Both the position numbers and the translations under genes were made by a program. 64,000 bases of DNA. Source: Gemmatimonadales bacterium. Its GTDB lineage: Bacteria > Gemmatimonadota > Gemmatimonadetes > Gemmatimonadales > JACORV01. Within the stretch, counting starts at the first letter, position 1. Every line of letters begins with the position of its first letter. The notes below the pieces were generated by a model. It saw only the letters and a program-made list of their open reading frames with translations, had not been told where the DNA came from and did not search any database. The stretch spans positions 24,300-88,299 of the forward strand of contig DATJUT010000101.1 of assembly GCA_035502185.1 (NCBI GenBank), given 5' to 3'. This document shows positions 21,678 to 30,319 of the stretch, one piece after another.

Positions 21678-22250
21678 GTGGATCGTAGGCGCTTTGCCGA
21701 GCGGTCGCTGGTGGCCGCCATCGTGGCGGCGGTCGCCTCGGTGATTCCGGGCGTCCTGACGCTGCGCGGGCGCTCGCACTCGGCGGCGACCAAGGGCATC
21801 GAGGCCGGGGACCGTCTGGTGTTCGCGCTCGGGCAGAACGCGGGCCAGGCCATCACGGACGGGAGCTTCAGCCAGAACGAGGCCGTGCTCGCGTACCCCG
21901 ACGGGAAGTCCGACAACCACGAGAATCTGGTGCTGGTGTGCAAGCTGGACCCCGCGGCGCTCAAGCCGCCGCTGGACCTCGCCGGCGCCGCGCACGGGGT
22001 CGTCGCGTACAGCGCGATCTGCACGCACCTCGGCTGCACGGTGCGGTTCTCCGAGGAACCGATGGACCAGGCGCCGTTCCCGCACATCCACTGCCCGTGC
22101 CACGGCGCGATGTTCGATCCGCAGCGCGGAGGCATCGTCCTCGGCGGGCCGCCGCCGCGCCCGCTGCCCCAGCTCCCGATCAGGCTGAACGACAAGGGCG
22201 AGGTGCTGGTGGCCGGTCCGTTCGTCGCGCCCGTCGGCGTGAAGGCCTAG
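21678..22250 (+). CDS. Rieske [2Fe-2S] subunit of a cytochrome bc-type complex
   Basis: Twin-arginine signal MDRRRF. Cluster boxes CTHLGCTV and CPCHGAMF. Confidence 0.9.
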   Translation: MDRRRFAERSLVAAIVAAVASVIPGVLTLRGRSHSAATKGIEAGDRLVFALGQNAGQAITDGSFSQNEAVLAYPDGKSDNHENLVLVCKLDPAALKPPLDLAGAAHGVVAYSAICTHLGCTVRFSEEPMDQAPFPHIHCPCHGAMFDPQRGGIVLGGPPPRPLPQLPIRLNDKGEVLVAGPFVAPVGVKA

Positions 22251-22265
22251 GGAGCGGCGCGCCCC

Positions 22266-23522
22266 GTGACCATCCCCCGCTGGTTCGAGGAGCGCCTCGC
22301 GCTCGAGCGGTTCAAGGCGAAGTACCTGGGCAAGCCGTTCCCGGTCCACTCCACCTTCTTCCTCGGCGAGATTGCGCTGTTCTGCTTCGTGGTGCTGGTC
22401 GGCACCGGCTTGTACCTGGCTCTGTTCTACGAGCCGTCGGCGGCGCTGGTGGCGGCCGACGGGGGCCGGCTCCCGGCCGCGTACGCGAGCACGCTGGCCA
22501 TCGACGCCCAGCCGTTCTCCGCCCTGATGCGGCGGATCCACCACTGGGCGGCGCACCTGATGATCGCCGCCATGCTGCTGCACCTCGTGCGCGTCTACTT
22601 CACCGCCGCGTACAAGCGGCCCCGCGAGGCGAACTGGGTGCTGGGGCTGGGGCTGCTCGGCATGACCGTCGCGGCGTCGTTCGCCGGCTACCTGCTGCCG
22701 TACGACCAGTTCTCGGTCACGGCGACGGCGATCGGATACGGCATTGCGCGGTCGGTGCCGTGGATCGGGCCGACGCTGGCCGACTACGTGTTCGCCGGCC
22801 GGTTCCCGTCGCCGGAGACGGTGCCGCGGTTCTTCGCCTACCATGTGGTGCTGGCGCCGCTCGCCCTGAGCGCGCTGGTGGGGCTGCACCTCCTCATCGT
22901 GCTGAAGCAGAAGCACACCGAGCTCGGCGCCGCCGGCCGCCCCGATCCCGTCGAGGGGAAGTGGATCCGGGGCATTCCGCTGTGGCCCGAGCAGACCGCG
23001 CTGATGGGCGTGCTGTTCCTCGTGATCGTCGCCGTCGCGGCGGCGCTGGCGGCGTTCCTGCCCGTGCACCCCTCCGCGTTCTTCGGGCCGCCGCAGCCGG
23101 CGACGCCCGACGTCAAGCCGGACTGGTACCTGCTGTGGATCTACGGTGCGCTGCGGCTGATCCCTGGCACGCTGAGCTTCCGCATCCTGGGGGCGACGAT
23201 CGGGCCGGAGGCGATCGGCGCCATGCTGGTGCCCGGGATCATCGGCCTGATCGTCGTCCTCGTGCCGTGGATCGACCGCACGCCGTCGTCGCTCTACTAC
23301 GCCGAGGCGCCGACGGCGGGCCCGCGCCGCCTCGCGCTGGGGCTGGCGGTGGTGGTGTTGTTGCTGGCGCTCTCGCTCGCCGGTTTCGGGACGGAGCTGG
23401 GCCTCGGGGTGCCGGTGCTGTGGGGCATCACCGTGGCGGCGCCCGTCGCGACGGCGGTCGGCGCGAGCGCCCTGGCGCGGCGGCGGGCGGAAAAGGCAAT
23501 GCAGGGAGCAGGGGTGCGGTAA
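22266..23522 (+). CDS. Cytochrome b (fused b6/subunit IV-length) of a bc-type complex
   Basis: 418 aa, multiple TM helices. Haem-ligand His pairs in HHWAAHLMIAAMLLH and the following helices. PEWY-region-like motif PDWYLLW. Confidence 0.9.
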   Translation: MTIPRWFEERLALERFKAKYLGKPFPVHSTFFLGEIALFCFVVLVGTGLYLALFYEPSAALVAADGGRLPAAYASTLAIDAQPFSALMRRIHHWAAHLMIAAMLLHLVRVYFTAAYKRPREANWVLGLGLLGMTVAASFAGYLLPYDQFSVTATAIGYGIARSVPWIGPTLADYVFAGRFPSPETVPRFFAYHVVLAPLALSALVGLHLLIVLKQKHTELGAAGRPDPVEGKWIRGIPLWPEQTALMGVLFLVIVAVAAALAAFLPVHPSAFFGPPQPATPDVKPDWYLLWIYGALRLIPGTLSFRILGATIGPEAIGAMLVPGIIGLIVVLVPWIDRTPSSLYYAEAPTAGPRRLALGLAVVVLLLALSLAGFGTELGLGVPVLWGITVAAPVATAVGASALARRRAEKAMQGAGVR

Positions 23523-23525
23523 GCA

Positions 23526-23669
23526 GGGCAGTTGCCAGACGGCAAGTTGCCAGTGGTTCCAAGCGGCAAGTCAGAAGGGGTCAGCCCAGATGCCAGTACT
23601 GACAACTGGGCTGGCCCCTCATGACTTGCGTCTGGCAACCACTGGCAACTTGCCGTCTGGCAACTGCCC
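23526..23669. repeat. Long nearly perfect hairpin element (copy 1) between convergent operons
   Basis: The 33-nt arm GGGCAGTTGCCAGACGGCAAGTTGCCAGTGGTT is perfectly complementary to 23637..23669. The inner 24-nt arms (23566..23589 and 23606..23629) have 21 Watson-Crick pairs plus 1 G-U. The loop is 16 nt. Confidence 0.85.
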
Positions 23670-23687
23670 CGCACCCTGCGCCTCCGT

Positions 23688-25130
23688 CTACTGGGCCGGT
23701 ATCCCGGTCGTATGGCAGATCAGGCACATCGCCCGGTTCTTGCTCGCGACCGACGGGTTGAAGCCGGCGCCGTGCGGGTCGATGTGCTGGCCGCTCGTGG
23801 CCGAGTGGCAGCGGAGGCAGAAGTCCTGCGCGTGGCAGCTGGCGCAGGTCTCGATCGCGCGGCGCGCGACGCCGCCGTGCCCGAACAGCCACCCCGGCTG
23901 CTTGTCGTGATAGCCCGCGCTGACGGGCGTGGTGGCGCTGGAGCGCCCGAGCGCCTGGTGGCAGTCGTGGCAGAACACCTGGGTCTGGTGGCAGGCCGCA
24001 CACTCGGCCTCCGCCGCATAGGCCTGGGTCGCGTGCCGCAGCACGAAGTTCGGGCCGTGGAACGCGGGCGCCTTCGCCGCGGCATGGCAGGTCGTGCAGT
24101 ACGACGGCCGGTGGCAGGTCGCGCAGCTGGCCGTTCCGCCCGCGGCCATCTCCCGGTGGTGCAGCAGCTGGTCGGGCAGGTGGTCGGCCGGCTTGAGACC
24201 GGCCAGGTTGACGCCGAAGGCGCCGCCCGCCGCGCGGCGGGGCAGGGCGGCGATCGCCGGCACGCGCTCCTGCACGCGGTGGCAGCCGATGCACGACTCC
24301 TGGGCGTGGCAGTTGGCGCATTCGACGACGCCGGCGCGCGCGACGACGCCGTGGCGTCGCGTCCAGTCGCTGGCTTCGTGCGACGGCGGCCGCGGGTAGG
24401 CGAACGTGAGCGTCCGCACCAGCTCGGCCTCCCGGTCGTCGGCCGGGAGGTCGCGGATCGCCTGCACCGCACGCGCATTGACGTGGCAGGCGGCGCAGAA
24501 CTGCTGCGCGTGGCACACCGCGCAGGTCGGGCCCGCCGCCGCGGTCTGGTGGTGCAGGATCCAGCTCGAGTCGTGCGACGGCGGCTTGGGAAAGGCGCGG
24601 ATCGTCTCGACGCTCAGCGCCGCGGCGTCGTGCAGCGTGGCGTGGCACGGCTGGCACGACTCCTGGGCGAGGTGGCTCGGCGCGCCCTGGCCGTGGCAGG
24701 AAACGCACCGCGCCGGGTTCGCGCGGCCGACCTCCATGTACGGCAGGGAGTCGGCGCTGGCGTGGCACTTCTGGCAGTTGGCGCCCCCGCTGTCCATCGC
24801 CTCGAACATCGCGACGTGGGGGACGTGGTCGAACGTCAGGTTGGTGGCCCGTCGCTGGGGCGGCGTCCAGCTCACCGGGCGTGCGAGGTCGCCGTTGTGG
24901 CAGCCGGCGCACAGCTGCGGCGACGGCCAGACGTCGGCGGTGTCGCCGGTCGCGATGCCCGCGTGGCACGCGGCGCAGGTGGTGAACAGCCGGGCGTGGC
25001 GGGCGTGCGGGAACGTGTCGGTGGCGAAGCGGGCGGCGGCCGCGGGCCGCGGCCGGACGCTGCGGGGAGCCCACGCGCCGGCCAGCAGCGCCGACAACGC
25101 GAGCAGGGCGGAGGCGGCGCGCGCGATCAC
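23688..25130 (-). CDS. Periplasmic multihaem cytochrome c (16 CXXCH)
   Basis: GTG 25130 (GTGA overlap with the upstream gene). Signal peptide ALLALSALLAGAWA. 16 CXXCH motifs by my count, many as doubled CXXCH-x3/4-CXXCH pairs. Confidence 0.9.
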   Translation of the reverse strand: MIARAASALLALSALLAGAWAPRSVRPRPAAAARFATDTFPHARHARLFTTCAACHAGIATGDTADVWPSPQLCAGCHNGDLARPVSWTPPQRRATNLTFDHVPHVAMFEAMDSGGANCQKCHASADSLPYMEVGRANPARCVSCHGQGAPSHLAQESCQPCHATLHDAAALSVETIRAFPKPPSHDSSWILHHQTAAAGPTCAVCHAQQFCAACHVNARAVQAIRDLPADDREAELVRTLTFAYPRPPSHEASDWTRRHGVVARAGVVECANCHAQESCIGCHRVQERVPAIAALPRRAAGGAFGVNLAGLKPADHLPDQLLHHREMAAGGTASCATCHRPSYCTTCHAAAKAPAFHGPNFVLRHATQAYAAEAECAACHQTQVFCHDCHQALGRSSATTPVSAGYHDKQPGWLFGHGGVARRAIETCASCHAQDFCLRCHSATSGQHIDPHGAGFNPSVASKNRAMCLICHTTGIPAQ

Positions 25131-26527
25131 TGGTAGCTCCCGACGCGATCGGCGTCGGCCCCGATGGTCCAGTCGAAGGTGACCGAGGCGCGGGTCTGGT
25201 TCCAGTCGAGCCCGGTTGAGCCCGTCTGACGCCGCTGGAAGTAGCGCATCAGGTCCACCTTGAGCCCGACGCGACGGTCCAGTGCCGTCCCGAAGTCCGC
25301 GCCGAGCCCGTAGACGGTGCCCCCGGCGACCCGGAACATGTCGGTCTGCTGGAACGCGGTGGTCTGGACGCCGGCGTGCCATCCGCCGCCGGGAGACCAG
25401 GCGGCCCGGAGGTCCCCTCCGCTCTGGTCGCCGCCGAAGCCCAGCTCGAGGTGGTAGTCCCCGTCGATCGTGTAGGCGCCCCGCCGCACGTGCACGCCGG
25501 CCGTGGCCTCCTTCTGGTCGTTGCCGACGTCCACCAGGAACGGCGAGCCGCTGCTCAGCGGCTGCCAGCGCCGGTAGGTGAAGGCGCCGGACAGCGACAC
25601 GTCGCGCGCGGCCGCCACGTTGACGGTCGCCGACACGCCGTAGTGCGACTCGGGCGAGAACACGCCCCAGATGGTCGAGAGATCCAGCGTCGGCCGGTAC
25701 TGGAACGCCTCGAGCTGGACCGAGTTGCCGTTCCCGAGCAGCACCGTCGCGCTGATGCGCGCCTTGCCCCATTGCTGCCGCGCCACGTCGGCGTCGGCCG
25801 ATCCCGCCAGCACCACCCGGGAGCCCACCCCCAGGCGGCCGTCGAACGCTGCGCGCTCGGACACCAGCCCGCTGCGGTCGGACAGCAGCTCGCGCTGGTA
25901 GATGGCCGAGAAGCTCGAGCGCGGCGAGGGCGCCGCCCACAGCGACGCACCGAGCAGGATGGTGCCGTGATCTTGCTGCAGCGGGTCGAGCGAGGTGATG
26001 GCCGAGCTGTTGGGCGCGTCGAGCGACGCGCGCGCCAGGCCGCGACCTCCGTAGCCCTCGATCCGCAGCGCCGCGAGGGGCCTCCAGCTGGCCGTCAGGC
26101 CGTCGAAGGCGTACCACCCGAGCCCGGACGCGCGCTGCTGCCGGCCGCCGCGCAACAGGTAGTGCGGCCGCTCCAGCTCGAGGTAGGCGTACATGGTCTG
26201 GAAGTGCTCGTCGGACTCGGGCCAGATCAGGCCGGAGCCGAGAGCGGCGCGGCCCCGCACGAGCGCGTACGCCCGCAGGCCCTCGATGCCCAGACCCCAC
26301 GCCGAGACCTCGAGGTCCTGGGTGAACGGCGCCGCGTAGGTGGCCGGCAGCGACACGAAGGCGCCCGTATCGTTGTTGGCCGCCGAATCGAACGCGATCG
26401 GCCGCAGTTGCACGTACTGGGTCGTGGTCGTGCCGTGTACGCGGATGTCCTGGCCGCGGAGCGCGGGGGCGCGGGCCGCGGCGAGCGCGAGCAGGACGGG
26501 GGCGATCCGTAGGAGCGGGTAGCGCAT
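25127..26527 (-). CDS. Outer-membrane beta-barrel protein (porin of a porin-cytochrome module)
   Basis: Signal peptide MRYPLLRIAPVLLALAAARAPALRGQ. No Cys. Alternating amphipathic segments rich in G/Y/W/R/D. Embedded between multihaem cytochrome genes. Confidence 0.7.
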   Translation of the reverse strand: MRYPLLRIAPVLLALAAARAPALRGQDIRVHGTTTTQYVQLRPIAFDSAANNDTGAFVSLPATYAAPFTQDLEVSAWGLGIEGLRAYALVRGRAALGSGLIWPESDEHFQTMYAYLELERPHYLLRGGRQQRASGLGWYAFDGLTASWRPLAALRIEGYGGRGLARASLDAPNSSAITSLDPLQQDHGTILLGASLWAAPSPRSSFSAIYQRELLSDRSGLVSERAAFDGRLGVGSRVVLAGSADADVARQQWGKARISATVLLGNGNSVQLEAFQYRPTLDLSTIWGVFSPESHYGVSATVNVAAARDVSLSGAFTYRRWQPLSSGSPFLVDVGNDQKEATAGVHVRRGAYTIDGDYHLELGFGGDQSGGDLRAAWSPGGGWHAGVQTTAFQQTDMFRVAGGTVYGLGADFGTALDRRVGLKVDLMRYFQRRQTGSTGLDWNQTRASVTFDWTIGADADRVGSYQ

Positions 26528-26529
26528 CG

Positions 26530-28188
26530 TCAGCTCCGGGCCGTGACCTTGTGGCATTGTTCGCACGCCTGTCCCGGGACGTGACGTGCCTGCGACGTGT
26601 GGCACGCCAGGCACATCTCGCGGGTGGCCGGCAGGTTGGCCGCACGGGCGCCGTGACAGGCGGCGCTCGCGCAGTTGGGGTGGTCGGCGGCCTTGTGGTC
26701 GGCGAGGGCGTTGGCGCCGGCGTGGCACGCCACGCAGTTCGCCGCGGGCCGGTGGTGGGCGACGTGGCACGACGCGCAATCGGCGCCATCCGGGGCGCGG
26801 GAGACCGGATCGGTATGACACTGCACGCAGGCGATGCCGCCGTGGCGCTGGTGCTCGAACGGCAGCCGCCGGGTCACCGTCCCGCGCTTGGCCGCGATCT
26901 CGAAGGTCCGCAGCGGCTGCAGCACCGCCCGGCCCAGCGCCGCCACGTCGTGGCACGTCGCGCACTGCACGCGCTCCGGGCCGCTGTGATGGCACCGCTG
27001 GCAGTCCGCGGCCGAGTGGACCAGCAGCTCCCCGTGGCGCACGCGGCTCGAATGACAGCTCGAACACGCCTGCCCGCGGTGGTCGCCGTGCGAAAAGCGC
27101 GGCACGGGGCCCGCACTCACCGCGGGTTGCTGCGCTCCCCGGAGCTGCGCCTCCGGCTCCCACACCGTCCCGGTCGAGGCGAAGTCCGCGACCGCGGTGG
27201 GCACGTCCAGCCTGCTGCGGGGCGCCCAGCTCACCCGTCGCCCGCGGGTCGGTGCCTCACGGGGGATGTTCGCGTGGCACCTCGTGCAGTTCTCTCCCTC
27301 CACCCGCCAGCTGTGCGGCTGATGGCAGGTCGTGCAGCGGTCGGGGTGCGGCACGCCCACGTGGAAGCTGACCCGCTGCCAGCCGGCATGGCAGCCGGCG
27401 CTGGTGCAGCTCACGTCCTGCGGCTTGGTCTGGGTGTGCGGGTTGTGGCAGTCGCCGCAGACGCCGTTGTGCGGGTCGCGCCCGACGTCCATCCGCTGCA
27501 ACCGCTGCTGCATCGCGTGGCACGACAGGCACTGGGCCGCCGCGGGCGTCAGCGGCTTGCCGAGCGAGTCCACCGCGAAGGTGCGCGCCTCCGCGAGGAA
27601 GTTGTGGCACGTGGTGCAGTGCAGCTCGCTCAGCTCCCCCATCTTCCCCAGGTGGATCGCGTTGTGGTCGTGGCAGCCCGACCGGCCGCAGGTCTGGTCC
27701 ACCGAGGCGAACTCGTGCAGGGAGACCCCGTGGCACTCCACGCATCGCATGCCCTTGAGCCTCGGGTCCTTCGACTCGAGGTGGATGCGGTGCCCGGCCG
27801 TGGCGGCGATGATCTTCCACTTGGTGGAGTCGCCGGTGACGTGGCACCTGGCGCAGACCTCGTTGGGCACGCGCGCGTGGCGGCCGATGCTGGTCGGGTT
27901 TGCGACGGCGGTCAGCCACAGCTGATGCAGCTGCTCCGGAATCCTGCCCTCGTGGCAATTGTGACACTCGAGCTTCGCATGAGCGCTCCGGCTGAAGCGC
28001 TGGAACGGATCGACCATCAGGTGGCACGACGTGCAGAACCGGTTGTCGTGCTGCATGTAGTGCCACTGGCGGTAGCCGGCAACCGACGTTCCGGCCACCA
28101 CCAGCGTGACGCCGGCCGCAAGACCGATCCGCCACGCCGGCGTCAGCCGCCGCCACGCCTTCAGGACCCACTCGTAGTATCGCGTCAT
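26530..28188 (-). CDS. Membrane-anchored NapC/NirT-type tetrahaem quinol dehydrogenase fused to a long multihaem extension
   Basis: One N-terminal TM helix, then CTSCH..CHNCH..CARCH..CVECH in the NapC/NirT pattern. A further 13 CXXCH and 3 CX4CH (CGRSGCH, CTSAGCH, CASAACH). Alternative start at 28221. Confidence 0.9.
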   Translation of the reverse strand: MTRYYEWVLKAWRRLTPAWRIGLAAGVTLVVAGTSVAGYRQWHYMQHDNRFCTSCHLMVDPFQRFSRSAHAKLECHNCHEGRIPEQLHQLWLTAVANPTSIGRHARVPNEVCARCHVTGDSTKWKIIAATAGHRIHLESKDPRLKGMRCVECHGVSLHEFASVDQTCGRSGCHDHNAIHLGKMGELSELHCTTCHNFLAEARTFAVDSLGKPLTPAAAQCLSCHAMQQRLQRMDVGRDPHNGVCGDCHNPHTQTKPQDVSCTSAGCHAGWQRVSFHVGVPHPDRCTTCHQPHSWRVEGENCTRCHANIPREAPTRGRRVSWAPRSRLDVPTAVADFASTGTVWEPEAQLRGAQQPAVSAGPVPRFSHGDHRGQACSSCHSSRVRHGELLVHSAADCQRCHHSGPERVQCATCHDVAALGRAVLQPLRTFEIAAKRGTVTRRLPFEHQRHGGIACVQCHTDPVSRAPDGADCASCHVAHHRPAANCVACHAGANALADHKAADHPNCASAACHGARAANLPATREMCLACHTSQARHVPGQACEQCHKVTARS

Positions 28189-28323
28189 CCCTGCCCGGGC
28201 ACTCTCCCGAAGTTCCCGCACGGCAAGCGGGCCGGCCCCTGGTGCTGGACCGACCCGCTAAGCTTCGCTGGGCATCGAACGCCGTGCAATCCGGCGCCGG
28301 TCCCTGTCCTCCGGCGCCCCGGT

Positions 28324-29823
28324 TCAGCGCTGGGCGATCCTCACGCCGAGCCGGGCCGCCTCGGCGGCGATCCGGGCTTGGGCGGCCGGCGGCGCGGTCA
28401 GCGCGTACTGCGCCTGCACCGCCTGGATGGTGGCGATCAGGAGCGCCCGCAGGTACGGCGCGTTGTGGGCGCCGTGCGAGCGGTCGGCGGTGATCAGCTG
28501 CACGTTGAACCGCCCGCCCTCCGCCACCGTGTACGGCAGGGTGTTGTTGACCGTGGCGCTCCGGGTCTTGAACTCCGTGGCCGGCACCTTGGTCAGCAGC
28601 CCGGTGTCGACCGAGTCGATCTTGCCGTTGCCGTTGACGTCCGTCCAGATGATCCCGGCCAGATACTGCAGCTCGGTCGACGTCGCCTGGAACACCGTGC
28701 GCGCCGCGGCCTCGGACGAGTGGCATCCGCTGGTCGCGCACGCGGCGAAGCTGCGCACGGAGACGTCGCACGAGTTGGTGGAGTCGATGCCGGCGGTGTC
28801 CACGCACGGGATCGCGTAGAAGCTGTGGCCCGTGTAGTGCCAGGCCAGCTGGCCCTTGGAGTCGTTCACGTCGAGCGTCGCCAGATGGCAGGTCGCGCAC
28901 AGCTGGGGATTCGCGGTGGAATTCGAGTGCGTCGTGACGCTGGTCGAGTCCCACACGAAGCCGGCCGGCCGCCACCCGGCCGTGCCCAGGAACGTCGGAC
29001 CCTGCGGCGAATGCGGGCCGCTGGCCGACGTCAGGTCGGGCACCGAGCGCCGGTGGTGGCACTGGATGCACAGGTTCATCGTGTCCGCGGTCGTGATGGA
29101 CGCCCGCAGTTCGTGCGTGTTGGCGCTGCCGTGCGGATTGTGGCAGCTGGTGCAGCCGATCGGGTAGGCCGTCGTGCTCCCCGCCTCGAGGTACACGTCA
29201 CTGCCACCGAACCGCTGCATCACGGTCTTGCCCTCGTGACACTGGATGCAGGTCCCGCTGGTGTTCGAAATGGCCGGCGCCTCGATGATCCCGTGCGCGC
29301 CGCGCGACCAGTCCTCGTAGAACGGGTTGTGCGGCGGGCCGCTGTGGCACTCACCGCAACCGACGCCCCTGGTCGAGTCGTACGAAACGAACGAGGGAAT
29401 CGGCTGGGTCTCGTCCGGGGTGGCGACGTGCAGCTGCCCCGGCCCGTGACAGGCCTCGCACTGCACGTCCTGGTAGTACTTCTGCGCGGTCGCCGAGGCG
29501 CTCGGGAAGCCCGCCGTGTCGGCACCGAGGTTCGTCGCGCCGCTGGTGGTATGGCACTTGTTGCAGCTGCTGTTCGCGTGCCCGCTCGCCTGCAGGTCCT
29601 TCCAGGCGTTGGCGTGCCCGGTCTGGATCCAGCTCGCCTGCTTCAGGACGTGGCAGTTGCCGCACGTCGTCTGCTTCGTGTCCGGGTTGCTGTACCCGAC
29701 GAAGGCGGCATCCTTGGCGTTGACCCCGGACGGCGAGGTGGTGTTGTCCTTCACGCACCCGGCTGCCGCAAGGGCGAACGCCGTACCCAGCACCAGATGT
29801 CCGACGCGGATCGCGTGTCTCAT
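28324..29823 (-). CDS. Lipoprotein multihaem cytochrome c (8 CXXCH + 1 CX4CH)
   Basis: GAGGAA Shine-Dalgarno sequence. Signal peptide with lipobox LAAAGC. CGNCH, CNKCH, CEACH, CGECH, CIQCH, CTSCH, CIQCH, CATCH and CATSGCH. Confidence 0.88.
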   Translation of the reverse strand: MRHAIRVGHLVLGTAFALAAAGCVKDNTTSPSGVNAKDAAFVGYSNPDTKQTTCGNCHVLKQASWIQTGHANAWKDLQASGHANSSCNKCHTTSGATNLGADTAGFPSASATAQKYYQDVQCEACHGPGQLHVATPDETQPIPSFVSYDSTRGVGCGECHSGPPHNPFYEDWSRGAHGIIEAPAISNTSGTCIQCHEGKTVMQRFGGSDVYLEAGSTTAYPIGCTSCHNPHGSANTHELRASITTADTMNLCIQCHHRRSVPDLTSASGPHSPQGPTFLGTAGWRPAGFVWDSTSVTTHSNSTANPQLCATCHLATLDVNDSKGQLAWHYTGHSFYAIPCVDTAGIDSTNSCDVSVRSFAACATSGCHSSEAAARTVFQATSTELQYLAGIIWTDVNGNGKIDSVDTGLLTKVPATEFKTRSATVNNTLPYTVAEGGRFNVQLITADRSHGAHNAPYLRALLIATIQAVQAQYALTAPPAAQARIAAEAARLGVRIAQR

Positions 29824-29925
29824 AGGCGGTTCCTCGCGCTTCCCAGACGTGTTCGCTGCTCAGCCCCAAGAGTCCAGCGCCCGTATGTGCTGTGCCGGGA
29901 GCTAGGTAGTCGTACGGACGTATGG

Positions 29926-29940
29926 GCATCGGCCATGCCA
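29926..29940 (-). promoter_or_regulatory. Candidate sigma-54 (-24/-12) promoter TGGCATGGCCGATGC
   Basis: The minus strand reads CCTGGCATGGCCGATGCCC, with correct GG-N10-GC spacing. About 100 nt upstream of the lipoprotein cytochrome ATG. An AT-rich region lies further upstream. Confidence 0.55.
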
Positions 29941-30319
29941 GGTGGTGGAGCACCGTAACCAATTGAAATAGAACGTGTTATGATGCAGTTCTTCAGTTGA
30001 AACCAGGTAAGCGAATCTCTTGTGTCCGAATTCACAAACTCGCGGTGGACAGATTGCGACAAGGGTTGGCTGGGGTACCGATGCGTGTCCGCCCGGGCCC
30101 GAGCGGTCAATGCCGACTGGGCGCGGATGAAAGGCAGGGGGCCGGGGTAGAAGCTGCGCGGGAGCAGGCTCCGAGGCTGGTGGTACGGCCGGGCAGGACT
30201 GGAAGGACGGCCACCGAGCTGGAACCTCGTCAGCCGCAGAAGCCCGGCTCCCCGACCCTGCCGGGCCGAGCTGGCCCGCGCTGCGGTTCCGACCTCACTT
30301 CCTCCGACGGAGCAAACCG

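Noticed and set aside
23526-23560. Repeated GTTGCCAG / GTTGCGAG words as a possible CRISPR array
   Set aside because: There are only two direct copies per arm, 15 nt apart, and each is mirrored by an inverted partner. There is no repeat-spacer periodicity and there are no cas genes. It is a hairpin element, not CRISPR.
26551-29958. 1135-aa plus-strand ORF
   Set aside because: It is antisense to the two multihaem cytochrome genes. The composition is low-complexity and R/G/A/V/H-rich with no CXXCH logic. The opposite strand carries dozens of haem motifs and signal peptides.
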